64,000 bases of DNA from Eledone cirrhosa (taxonomy: Eukaryota): the NCBI GenBank assembly GCA_964016885.1, contig CAXHJY010001118.1, positions 1 to 64,000 on the forward strand, given 5' to 3'. How positions within the stretch are numbered: the stretch's first letter is position 1; each line of letters opens with the position of its first letter. The position numbers were made by a program, and so were the translations under genes. Positions 1 through 10,859 of the stretch are shown here, in pieces. The notes beneath the pieces are model-generated. The model was not told where the DNA came from. It searched no databases and saw only the letters and a list, made by a program, of their open reading frames with translations.

Positions 1-102
1 CAGAGCATTTATTCCAATTTCTAATTTCTGCCGGACCGGCAACCGCTCTTTCAAACCAGTTCCTGTACACGGCTAAGTATTCTATAAGTCTCTAGCTGTG
101 TC

Positions 103-191
103 ATTCTCGATAAAAGCACTGGATATGTAGTCCTGATGATTTCTAACAAGAATGAAACGCGTAGATTACTTCCCTTGCTTTTGTCGAGAAT
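103..191 (+). ncRNA. Type I hammerhead ribozyme, array copy 1
   Basis: Stem I GTAGTC(127-132)/GATTAC(164-169); core CTGATGA(133-139); stem II TTCT-aaca-AGAA; GAAA(154-157); palindromic mini stem III ACGCGT; GUA site at 161-163; distal stem I 103-118/176-191. Confidence 0.85.
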
Positions 192-412
192 CTAATTGTA
201 ATACGTGACGTATTCTATTCTATAGCGATTAGGTCTTCAAAATGTTTATTATAAACATACAGAATATTTTCGAATATTCTATGTCTATATTCACATATAT
301 ATCGCTATTTCAGAGCATTTATTCCAATTTCTAATTTCTGCCGGACCGGCAACCGCTCTTTCAAACCAGTTCCTGTACACGGCTAAGTATTCTATAAGTC
401 TCTAGCTGTGTC

Positions 413-501
413 ATTCTCGATAAAAGCACTGGATATGTAGTCCTGATGATTTCTAACAAGAATGAAACGCGTAGATTACTTCCCTTGCTTTTGTCGAGAA
501 T
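413..501 (+). ncRNA. Type I hammerhead ribozyme, array copy 2
   Basis: Same motif offset +310. Confidence 0.85.
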
Positions 502-722
502 CTAATTGTAATACGTGACGTATTCTATTCTATAGCGATTAGGTCTTCAAAATGTTTATTATAAACATACAGAATATTTTCGAATATTCTATGTCTATAT
601 TCACATATATATCGCTATTTCAGAGCATTTATTCCAATTTCTAATTTCTGCCGGACCGGCAACCGCTCTTTCAAACCAGTTCCTGTACACGGCTAAGTAT
701 TCTATAAGTCTCTAGCTGTGTC

Positions 723-811
723 ATTCTCGATAAAAGCACTGGATATGTAGTCCTGATGATTTCTAACAAGAATGAAACGCGTAGATTACTTCCCTTGCTT
801 TTGTCGAGAAT
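723..811 (+). ncRNA. Type I hammerhead ribozyme, array copy 3
   Basis: Same motif offset +620. Confidence 0.85.
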
Positions 812-1032
812 CTAATTGTAATACGTGACGTATTCTATTCTATAGCGATTAGGTCTTCAAAATGTTTATTATAAACATACAGAATATTTTCGAATATTCT
901 ATGTCTATATTCACATATATATCGCTATTTCAGAGCATTTATTCCAATTTCTAATTTCTGCCGGACCGGCAACCGCTCTTTCAAACCAGTTCCTGTACAC
1001 GGCTAAGTATTCTATAAGTCTCTAGCTGTGTC

Positions 1033-1121
1033 ATTCTCGATAAAAGCACTGGATATGTAGTCCTGATGATTTCTAACAAGAATGAAACGCGTAGATTACT
1101 TCCCTTGCTTTTGTCGAGAAT
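1033..1121 (+). ncRNA. Type I hammerhead ribozyme, array copy 4
   Basis: Same motif offset +930. Confidence 0.85.
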
Positions 1122-1290
1122 CTAATTGTAATACGTGACGTATTCTATTCTATAGCGATTAGGTCTTCAAAATGTTTATTATAAACATACAGAATATTTT
1201 CGAATATTCTATGTCTATATTCACATATATATCGCTATTTCAGAGCATTTATTCCAATATATATATATATATATACATATATATATACAT

Positions 1291-1640
1291 ATCATCATCA
1301 TCATCATCATCATCATCATTTTACGTCCACTTTTCCCTGCTCGCAAGGGTGGGACGGGAACTGTTTCTGGCTTGATTTCTACAGCTGGATGCCCTTCCTA
1401 ACACCAACCTCATTTACAGTGAGTGCTGGGTGCTTTTTTTCCGTGGCACCTCCACGACCACTTTGCGGTGGAATGATAGAGACCCCAGACCCTATCATCT
1501 CATTTCTACAGCTGAGTAAACTGGAGCAATGTGAAATAAAGTGTCTTGCTCAAGGAAACAACACATCACCCGGTCTGAGAATTGAACTCACAACCTTTCG
1601 ATTGCAAGCCCAATGCTCTAACCACTAAGCCATGTGCCTC
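1291..1640 (-). mobile_element. tRNA-derived SINE (family A) with RTE-like 3' tail and (GAT)n end
   Basis: Minus strand has A box TGGCTTAGTGG, B box GAGTTCAATTC, body CCTTGAGCAAGACACTT and tail GTGTTAGGAAGGGCATCCAGCTGTAGAAA shared with the RTE 3' UTR; other copies at 13.1, 54.8 and 59.8 kb. Confidence 0.9.
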
Positions 1641-1652
1641 CATGTATATACA

Positions 1653-1684
<32 letters not shown>

Positions 1685-2019
1685 CATATATATATATATA
1701 CATATATATATATACATATATATATATATACATATATATACATATATATATATATACATTATATATATATATACATATATATATATATACATATATATAC
1801 ATATATATATATATACATATATATACATATATATAATATATACATATATATATATACATATATATATACATATATATATATACATATATATATACATATA
1901 TATATATACATATATACATATAAATATATATACATATACATATATATACATATATATATATACATATATATATACATATATATATATACATATATACATA
2001 TAAATATATATACATATAC

Positions 2020-2072
<53 letters not shown>

Positions 2073-2160
2073 CATATATATATACATATATAATATATAT
2101 ATACATATATACATATATATATACATATATATATATATACATATATATACATATATACAT

Positions 2161-2229
<69 letters not shown>

Positions 2230-2388
2230 TACATATATACATATACATATATATATATATACACATATATATATATACATATATATATATATACATATAT
2301 ATATACATATATATATACATATATATATATATACATATATATATACATATATATATATATACATATATATATATACATATATATATAC

Positions 2389-2435
<47 letters not shown>

Positions 2436-2436
2436 C

Positions 2437-2499
<63 letters not shown>

Positions 2500-2614
2500 C
2501 ATATATATATATATACATATATACACATATATATATACACATATATATATACACATATATATATATATACACATATATATATACACATATATATATACAC
2601 ATATATATATACAC

Positions 2615-2673
<59 letters not shown>

Positions 2674-2985
2674 CATATGAATATACATATACATATATGA
2701 ATATATACACATGAATATACTATACATATATACATATACACATATGAATATATTATACATATATATATATACACATATGAATATATTATACATATACATA
2801 TATATATACATATACATATATATATATATATATATATAGATATGAATATACATATACATATATATATACATACGAATATACATATATTTATATATACACA
2901 TATTAACATACATATACATATATATATACACATATGAACATACATATACATATATATATACACATATGAATATACATATATATAC

Positions 2986-3029
<44 letters not shown>

Positions 3030-3092
3030 ATATATATATGTATATATATATGTATGTGTATATATATATGTATGTGTATATATATATATATG
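1641..3092. repeat. ~1.45-kb compound (TA)n/(TACA)n microsatellite
   Basis: Direct inspection; the source of the spurious YI-rich ORFs. Confidence 0.98.
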
Positions 3093-3093
3093 T

Positions 3094-3642
3094 ATCATCA
3101 TCATCATCATCATTTAACGTCCATCCTCCATGGGTTTGGACGCGAATTTTCCCACTTGAGGCAAGATTGGTTGTCTTGCTCATATAGGACTCTCTGGTGG
3201 GTTTTCTACGGCTGGATGCCCTTCCTAACACCAACCACGTTTACAGTGTGGACTGGGAGGTTTTTACCGTGTTACCTACACGGTCACATTACAGCGTGGA
3301 CTGTGTGTTTTTCTTTTGTCGTGACACTTACACGACCTCATTTGTTTCGGACTGGATGTTGTGGTACCAATATAACTTTACATTGGAAGGGGTGGTGTGG
3401 AAGGGGTGGTGTGGAAGGGGTGGGGGTAGTGGGGCCGGGGTGTATTTTTGTTAGAGGTGCCTACTGACTGTAGGTTTCGCTTTGTACTTAGGTAAGGTGG
3501 GTCTTCTGTATTACTGTGTAGCACCAAAGATCTCGGTCCAGTGACATTTTCTTGGAGAGGTGTAAGTGTGTGAGGTCGGAATTTATCAAGTCGTCACAGG
3601 TTTTTCTGGGTCTGCCTACTCCGTGGCTACCGTCTATTTTTA
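3094..3642 (-). mobile_element. 5'-truncated RTE LINE 3' end (same family as 5997-8820)
   Basis: Encodes [39 protein letters not shown], followed by the matching 3' UTR and (GAT)n tail. Confidence 0.92.
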
Positions 3643-3680
3643 TGTATATATATACATATATATATATATACATATATATG

Positions 3681-3729
<49 letters not shown>

Positions 3730-3814
3730 GTATATTCATATGTGTATATATATATATGTATATGTTTATTCATATGTATATATATGTATATGTATATTCA
3801 TATGTATATATATA

Positions 3815-3868
<54 letters not shown>

Positions 3869-3900
3869 CATATGAATATACATATATGTATATATGTATG
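3643..3900. repeat. (TA)n/(TATG)n microsatellite
   Basis: Direct inspection. Confidence 0.95.
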
Positions 3901-3976
3901 AAGGAGTTGGGTCTAACAAGTTTTTACTGCATACATTCTGATTTATATATATGTATATATGTATGTATATATATAT

Positions 3977-4052
3977 ATGTTACCAGTAGCACCAACTGGT
4001 GACCTGACATGAATATATATGTCAGGTCACCAGTTGGTGCTACTGGTAACAT
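3977..4052. repeat. Perfect inverted repeat with 34-bp arms
   Basis: atgttaccagtagcaccaactggtgacctgacat (3977-4010) and its reverse complement (4019-4052); 8-nt spacer. Confidence 0.92.
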
Positions 4053-4742
4053 GTATCCCAGTGCAACCTGGCTCATGGTCGGGTCATTGGCGACTAAACT
4101 GGCAACCCCACCAAGGTTTCTTGGTGAGGAGGGTGACTTTGGACATCCTGCAGGACTAAAAACAAAACCTGTCAAAGGGCAAAGGAGCTCTTAAGAGTCA
4201 ATGGCCATCCAAAATCACTGGGAGAGATGACCCCTTAGCCTTTGTCAAGGCAGAATTCTAGGAGAAGGAAAACTCTGATATAACACTGCAACCCTGATGG
4301 TATCCAATGACGTTGACTTGTTCTTCTTTTTGGTAAATATCATCTTGGTTAAGAGAGTGGGACTGGCTTTGTGCAGTGCCTTTGCGCACTATAAAAGCTT
4401 CACGGCACAGGCATTGCTTTATATCTGGAGGTCTCTCTGCACTTGTCGTCACATGGTACCATGGGCCTGGCACTATGTGTCAATAATTGTCACAAGTGCA
4501 GTGTTTGTACCAGAGTTTTCAAGTCGCTGGCTGGACTAAAATGTCACACTCGTTCAGCGCATCAGTAGGGGTTCTCCTACATGGATATGAAGTAGTGGCC
4601 GTACTCGAAAACGAGTTGGCAGCCACCATATATATATATATATATATTTTGAGTATGTGTTGGTTGTTTACCGACACCTCAGTATGCAGATTGGAGCACT
4701 CGACAAAGTACCCAGGTTGGTTTGTTTACTTCCGAGTAATGT

Positions 4743-5069
4743 AAAATAAGTAAGTCAAACATGTTAAATTTGGCTTCGTTTATTATAAATTCTCTGGTAT
4801 ATATATTTCTGTGACACCTATTATTGGCTGTGACCTCATCAGGCAGTACGAATTAATGTAGAAAAAACAGGTAAACATGTTGAAATGTGTTCCACTCTGT
4901 CAATTCATCGATATGTCCAGCCCCTGGGTGTGTTGTTAGTCCTCCAAGGAACTGGAATCATAATTATATGATTCCAGTTTCTCGGAGGACTACCAACACA
5001 CTGAAATATATATAGCAGAGAATTTATAATAAACGAAGCGAAATCTAACATGTTTGACTTACTTATTTT
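4743..5069. repeat. Inverted repeat (~70-bp arms) overlapping a decayed minus-strand hammerhead core; probable Penelope pLTR relic
   Basis: Arms 4743-4813 and 4999-5069; minus strand 4846-4794 reads CTGC-CTGATGA-GGTCACAGCC...GAAA-TATATA-TA. Confidence 0.65.
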
Positions 5070-5170
5070 ATATATATATATATAATGTAGGAGGTGAGTT
5101 TTATTGTAGTACAATAAAGCAGTGCAGATATCGGATAAGTAGCACTCTACAGTTAGTAGGACTGGAGTAT

Positions 5171-5228
5171 TTGTGAATAGTGCAGTTTTAAATCAACATA
5201 TGTTGATTTAAAACTGCACTATTCACAA
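5171..5228. repeat. Perfect 58-bp palindrome with no spacer
   Basis: ttgtgaatagtgcagttttaaatcaacat|atgttgatttaaaactgcactattcacaa. Confidence 0.95.
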
Positions 5229-5258
5229 GTGTTTTTTAACCTTCATATCACGTCTCCC

Positions 5259-5329
5259 TATTTTATCTGACGAAAACGCAAATGTCATCTCATGATGATA
5301 TTTGTTTTTGAAATGCGCATAATAAAATA
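5259..5329 (+). ncRNA. Type I hammerhead ribozyme (second sequence family)
   Basis: Stem I TATTTTAT/ATAAAATA; core CTGACGA(5267-5273); stem II CAAATGTCATC-tcat-GATGATATTTG; GAAA(5310-5313); palindromic stem III ATGCGCAT; AUA site ending at 5321. Confidence 0.8.
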
Positions 5330-5359
5330 CATGGAACTCTTTTAACCATCTTTTGATCT

Positions 5360-5414
<55 letters not shown>

Positions 5415-5419
<5 letters not shown>

Positions 5420-5822
5420 GTAAGTATGTATGTATGTATACGTACATACATATATGTATACAGAAGTACAGTAGTATGTATATATATACATACATGCACA
5501 CATATGTATATGCACGTATCGGTTTACTGAACATTTATTACAATGCTCGGTTTGTTTGTTTGTAAACAAACAAACTAGTACATCGTTCCTGTGTCAATGT
5601 TGAACAAAAAGGTGACATGGTTGCCTAAACACTGTACGGCGTAATTCGAGCTGTTTGTTTGTTTACAGACAAACAAACCGAACATTATAATAAATGATCG
5701 GTAAACCGATACGTGCATATATATATGTGTGCATGTATGTATATATATACATATTACTGTACGTCTGTATACATATATGTATGTACGTATACATACCCAC
5801 ATACATACATACTTACATTTAA
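5415..5822. mobile_element. Fold-back/MITE-like element with ~165-bp inverted arms
   Basis: Arms ~5415-5577 and ~5653-5822 (gcacgtatcggtttac / gtaaaccgatacgtgc), flanked by TA runs. Confidence 0.7.
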
Positions 5823-5871
5823 GCAAGTGCATACTAAGAGTGAGAAATGAAATTTCGTTTCATTCTATTCC

Positions 5872-5930
<59 letters not shown>

Positions 5931-5959
5931 AGAAAATGACTTTTTTTATATATATATAT

Positions 5960-5996
<37 letters not shown>

Positions 5997-8820
5997 CAAA
6001 AAACGTGACAATCACCTGATCACCTATAGATCCGGGGAACACACAAGCCAGGTAGATTATATCCTTACCAGAAGACGTGACAGAGTGTCTGTTGTAAACA
6101 CTAAATCCCTCCCCCATGAAGAATGCACCTCCCAACATAGACTGATAATTAGCGACCTCATAGTCAGGACGAGACGTACTCGACAGCAGAAGAGGACTAT
6201 CCTCAGGAGGAAAATATGGAAGCTAAAGGACCCCACAGCCAGAAATAAATTTCAAAGCATATTACTTGATGCTTTCGACAGTAAGGAAGAGCATCTAGAG
6301 TCGGACAATATAGAGGGACAGTGGGAATTTCTGAAAGCAAACCTGCTGTTGGCGACAGACGAAGTCTGTGGCTGGAGCAGGCCTGTAGGCAGGAGGAGAG
6401 TAACATGGTGGTGGAACAGTAAGGTGGAGGGGTCAATTAAGGCCAAAAAGCAGGCTTGGAAAGTATGGCGGGATGGGGGAAGTAGAGTAGACTATCAAGT
6501 GGCCAGGAGGGAAGCTAGGAGAGAAGTGTACTTAGCAAGAAGGGAAGCTGAGGAAAGAAAGTTCAAGCATGTTCTACAACGCGATGACCAAAAACGTGAG
6601 GTGTTCAGGATTGCTAGGCAATGCGTCAAGGAAAACCGTGATATTGTCGGAGAGAAGTGTGTACTTAACGATGATGGCATACTTGCCATCACCGACACTG
6701 ATAAGAAGGTAGCTTGGAAGTGTCACTATGAAAGGCTACTAAATGAGGAGAATAAATGGGAGAAAGACAGTCTCCCCCATATCGACCCAATAGAGGGACC
6801 AGCAGTGTTAGTCGAGGGGAGTATAATAAGTAAGGCAATCAAGGATATGAAAACGGGTAAGGCGGCTGGGCCTTCGGAAATAGTTGCTAAGATGCTGAAG
6901 GCATCTGGCACGGTGGGACACACCATGGTCACCCGCATAGTTAACCAAGTCGTACAGAATGGGGTTGTTCCGAAGGACTGGCATAGCAGCATCATCGTTA
7001 ACTGTTATAAGGGTAAAGGAGACGCCCTAGATAGGAGTAACTATAGAGGCATTAAATTAATCGACCAGGTCATGAAGGTCACGGAAAAAGTAATAGCGCA
7101 ACTAATCAGAGAGAGAATTGACCTAGATGAAATGCAGTTCGGGTTTGTGTCAGGAAAAAGCACCACAGACGCTCTTTTCATAGTACGACAACTACAGGAG
7201 AAGTACCTAGCTAAAGGTAAACCCCTCTACTTAGCTTTTGTCGACCTGGAGAAAGCCTTCGACAGAGTCCCCCGCTCCATTATCTGGTGGGCTCTTAGAA
7301 AACTAGGCGTTGACGAATGGCTTGTGAGGGCTATACAAGCCATGTATAAAGAAACAGTCAGCAAGGTTAGAATTAACAACGAATATAGTGAAGAGTTTAG
7401 CGTAAAAGTTGGCGTCCATCAGGGCTCTGTTCTCAGCTCCCTACTATTTATTATTGCCCTTCAGGCTATAACAGAGGAGTTCAAGACAGGCTGCCCATGG
7501 GAACTCCTATACGCAGACGACCTGACACTCATAGCGGAATCAATGGCCGAGCTAGAGAAGAAATTCCAAACATGGAAGCACGGCCTAGAGTCAAAAGGAC
7601 TTAAAATTAACCTGGCTAAGACCAAAGTTCTAGTTTGTAGGAAAGAAAACAAGGCGGCGGTCCCTTCTGGGAAATGGTCGTGCTTGGTGTGTAGGAAAGG
7701 CGTAGGTAGAAACTCCATTTTATGTCCTAAATGCAAAGTATGGGTGCATAAAAGATGTAGTGGGATCACAGGTAAGCTAACTAAGAACATAGATTTTACA
7801 TGTGGCCGGTGTTCTGGTGCAATAAGTAGCAGCAAGTGCCCACAAAATACTAGCTCTTTCAATTGCGCAGAGGGTTCTATAGAAATAGTGGACAGCTTCT
7901 GTTACCTGGGCGATAAAATCAGCAGTGGGGGAGGGTGCTCTGAAAGTACTGTAGCTAGAGTCAGAACTGGTTGGAAAAAGTTCAGAGAGCTTATACCACT
8001 ATTAGCTGCTAAAGAGTTCTCCCTAAAAATGAAAGGCAGGTTGTACGATGCCTGCATACGAACAGCAATGTTGCATGGCAGTGAGACCTGGGCATTGTGT
8101 GCAGAGGATATACGCAGACTAGAGAGGAACGAAGCTTGCATGCTCCGCTGGATGTGTAACAGTAATATACGTGAACGGCAAAGCATAAACGAACTAAGGA
8201 AAAAATTAGAGATAAGAGGGATCAGATGTTGTTTACTCGAGAGAAGGCTACGTTGGTATGGACACGTGATGCGCATGAAAGTCGATAGCTGTATAACAAA
8301 GTGCAGAGCAATAAAGATAGACGGTAGCCACGGAATAGGCAGACCTAGAAAAACCTGGGACGAGCTGATAAACTCCGACCTCACACACTTACACCTCTCC
8401 AAGACAATGTCACTGGACCGAGACCTTTGGCGGTACTCAGTAACAGAGAAGACCCGCCTTGCCAGTAGGCATCTCTAACAAAATATACCCCGTCCCACCA
8501 CCGCCACCCCATCCACACCACCCCGTTCTATGTAAAGTTATGTTGGTGCCGCGCCATCCAGGCCGAAACAAATGAGATCGTGTAGGTGTCACGACAAAAA
8601 AACACACAGTCCACGCTGTAATGTGGCCGTGTAGGCAACACGGTAAAAACCTCCCAGACCCACACTGTAAATGTGGTTGGTGTTAGGAAGGGCATCCAAC
8701 TGTAGAAAACCTGCCAGACAGTCCTATGCGAGCAAGACAATCACTCTTGCCTCAAGTGGGACTACCCCCGTCCAAACCCATGCAAGCGTGGAACACGGAC
8801 GTTAAACGTTGATGATGATG
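5997..8820 (+). mobile_element. Young 5'-truncated RTE-clade LINE
   Basis: Uninterrupted ORF from the C-terminal end of the APE domain through RT; 3' UTR ends in (GAT)n; TA-rich flanks. Confidence 0.96.
6085..8478 (+). CDS. RTE LINE reverse transcriptase ORF (APE C-terminus, RT, PHD-like finger); no true start, frame is open from ~6001
   Basis: Motifs NYRGIKL, QFGF, FVDLEKAFDRV, GVHQGS, LLYADD, FCYLG, GRPRKTW; upstream in-frame HLITY..QVDYIL. Confidence 0.93.
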   Translation: MSVVNTKSLPHEECTSQHRLIISDLIVRTRRTRQQKRTILRRKIWKLKDPTARNKFQSILLDAFDSKEEHLESDNIEGQWEFLKANLLLATDEVCGWSRPVGRRRVTWWWNSKVEGSIKAKKQAWKVWRDGGSRVDYQVARREARREVYLARREAEERKFKHVLQRDDQKREVFRIARQCVKENRDIVGEKCVLNDDGILAITDTDKKVAWKCHYERLLNEENKWEKDSLPHIDPIEGPAVLVEGSIISKAIKDMKTGKAAGPSEIVAKMLKASGTVGHTMVTRIVNQVVQNGVVPKDWHSSIIVNCYKGKGDALDRSNYRGIKLIDQVMKVTEKVIAQLIRERIDLDEMQFGFVSGKSTTDALFIVRQLQEKYLAKGKPLYLAFVDLEKAFDRVPRSIIWWALRKLGVDEWLVRAIQAMYKETVSKVRINNEYSEEFSVKVGVHQGSVLSSLLFIIALQAITEEFKTGCPWELLYADDLTLIAESMAELEKKFQTWKHGLESKGLKINLAKTKVLVCRKENKAAVPSGKWSCLVCRKGVGRNSILCPKCKVWVHKRCSGITGKLTKNIDFTCGRCSGAISSSKCPQNTSSFNCAEGSIEIVDSFCYLGDKISSGGGCSESTVARVRTGWKKFRELIPLLAAKEFSLKMKGRLYDACIRTAMLHGSETWALCAEDIRRLERNEACMLRWMCNSNIRERQSINELRKKLEIRGIRCCLLERRLRWYGHVMRMKVDSCITKCRAIKIDGSHGIGRPRKTWDELINSDLTHLHLSKTMSLDRDLWRYSVTEKTRLASRHL

Positions 8821-8825
8821 ATATA

Positions 8826-9610
8826 TATCATCATCAAAGTTTAATGTCCATTTTCCATGCTAGCATGGACTAGACTAGTTGTCCCATTAGAAGCAAATCA
8901 GGTCAGGTGACTGTGTCTTGCTCATAAAGGACTGTTTCTGACTAGGTTTCTATGGCTGGATGCTCTTCTTAACACTAACCATATTTACAGTGTGTGTTGG
9001 GTGCTTTTTGTCGTGATATCTTCACAAACACTTTACAGTGTGGGCTGGATGCTTTTTGTGATACCAACATAACTTTACAGTGTAAGGGTGGTGTGGACAG
9101 AAATGGGTAGGTGGGTGTTGGGACATGAGAATTGTACAGATGAGGGTATAGTAGTTAAGAGGTGCCTACTAGATGTATGTTTGAATCTGTGTGCATGTGA
9201 AGGTGTGTCTTCTGTATTACTGCATAATGCCAAAGATCTCGATCCTGTGTCATTGTCTTTGAGAGGTGCAATTGTGCAAGGTCAGCTTTTATCACTTGGG
9301 TCTTCCTTCTCCATAGCTTCCATCAACTTTGGCTGCTCTGCACCTTTTTATACAGCTAGTATGAATCGGATGCAGTTCACAGGAAAGGAGACTACGTTGG
9401 TATGGACATGTGATGTGGATGAAGGATAACAGCTGTATAAAAAGGTGCAGAGCACTCAAAGTAAATGGAAGCTGTGGCGTGGGGAGATCCAGGAAGACTT
9501 TGGCTTAGGTGATAAAAGCTGATCTCGCTCAATTTCACCTCTCAAAGACAATAACACAGGAACAGGATCTCTGGTGTTATGCAGTAATACAGAAGACCCG
9601 CCTTCCCATG
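8826..9610. mobile_element. Two older RTE 3' fragments arranged head-to-head (minus ~8826-9357, plus ~9365-9610)
   Basis: ctctgcacctttttatacagct versus agctgtataaaaaggtgcagag; RRLRWYGHV-like coding remnant; 3' UTR with CAT tail at ~8828. Confidence 0.75.
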
Positions 9611-9642
9611 GGCACAGTCTGAAGCTAAAGCATACATATATA

Positions 9643-10453
9643 CAGGGTGCGAACAATATTTGTTTGTAATTTTCAACTGCTAATTTTATGCAATTTTTTT
9701 TTACTTCAGTTGTCACTCTTGTCTTCATAAAAACAGTGACTATATTTCCATTATTTATTTTCAGAATAATTGATTATGAATAATTTTGAACCTCCAAATT
9801 TGTGGAAGAGACACAGAGTTCTTCTTAGAATCCGCGCCGGGAGGACAAATAAGACCAGAAGATCAACTCCCAGAACAACAGGTGGCTTGCTGTCTCATCC
9901 AAAGATGTGCCCAGAGTCATGCAGACAAAGTTTCCAGTGACAACATTGGTCTTAGGTGTCGTCAGCAGTCAAGGTGACGTCATGCTACCTCACTTCTTCC
10001 CTGAGGGCCTCAAGCTGAACACCGATGGCTACATCCGCGTTCTGAGCGAGGTAGTAAAGCCCTGGATTGACCAGGTAGCTGTAGATAGGCTGTACATGTG
10101 GCAGCAAGTCTCAGCTCCCTGCCATACCAGCCGAAAGACCCAAGCCTGGCTGTCAGAGAACTTCATCGACCACACTTCACCTGACATCTGGCCTCCCAGC
10201 TCGCCTGACTGTCCCCTCGACTTCTTTGTGTGGGGCGCAGTGGAACAAGACACCAACAGATCTAGCTGTAGCCGGTTCTGAGGCCGCCTTGAGGCCGTGA
10301 TCAAAGCCAATGGCGGGTTTATCAAGTGAGATTGAAAGAACAAGTCATGAAGACAAACTGACCCAAGTTTGATAAATAAATCTTAAAAAATAAAACTACT
10401 GTGTTATTTTTTCCTAGACAGTAATCTTGCGAACAAATATCGTCCGCACCCTG
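9643..10453 (+). mobile_element. Internally deleted Tc1/mariner transposon, DD37D (maT-like)
   Basis: TIRs CAGGGTGCG..ATATTTGTT with TA flanks; ORF 9907-10281 has WQQ(V)SAPCH and WPPSSPDC-PLDFFVWG; 36 residues between the last two catalytic positions, consistent with 37 after one lost codon. Confidence 0.88.
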
Positions 10454-10469
10454 TATATATATATATATA

Positions 10470-10800
10470 TAGTATGCACCACCCCACCCTCATATGCATC
10501 TCTCGTGAGAACAGGTTGTAGCATACATCCAAGAAAGCCTCCAATCCACACTGCAGAGTGGTCATGATGGCGACAGGACAAAAAGCACCCAGCCCACACT
10601 GTGAAGTGATTGTGATGGAGACACAGCAAAAAAGCACCCAACCCACACTGTAAAGTAGTCGTGTAGGTGTCACAACAAAAAGCACCCAGCCCACACTGTA
10701 AAGTGGTCATGTAGGTGGCATGACAACAAGCACCCAAGACACACTGTAAGGTGGTCATGTAGGTGTCACGAAAAAAGGCGCCCAGCCCATATTGTATAGA
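10470..10800 (+). repeat. RTE/SINE 3' UTR-derived ~50-bp tandem subrepeats
   Basis: cacactgtaaagtggtc...aaaaagcacccagcc repeated about five times. Confidence 0.75.
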
Positions 10801-10859
10801 AAAAGGAATAACATTTTTATAGTTACAATGGAAGCCAGTTCTTTAGAAGGTGCTTCATG

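Larger units (their letters stand above)
1..1257 (+). repeat. 310-bp tandem array (4 full units plus partial; probably continues beyond the left edge), each unit carrying a hammerhead ribozyme
   Basis: Unit start cagagcatttattccaat recurs at 1, 311, 621, 931 and 1241; units look identical by eye. Confidence 0.97.

Noticed and set aside
1566-3234. Long YI/YM-rich ORFs on both strands
   Set aside because: They are translations of (TA)n/(TACA)n microsatellite, which lacks stop codons
6203-8402. Minus-strand ORFs over the RTE (and equivalents at 23360-24175, 39737-41404)
   Set aside because: Antisense shadows of the LINE ORF
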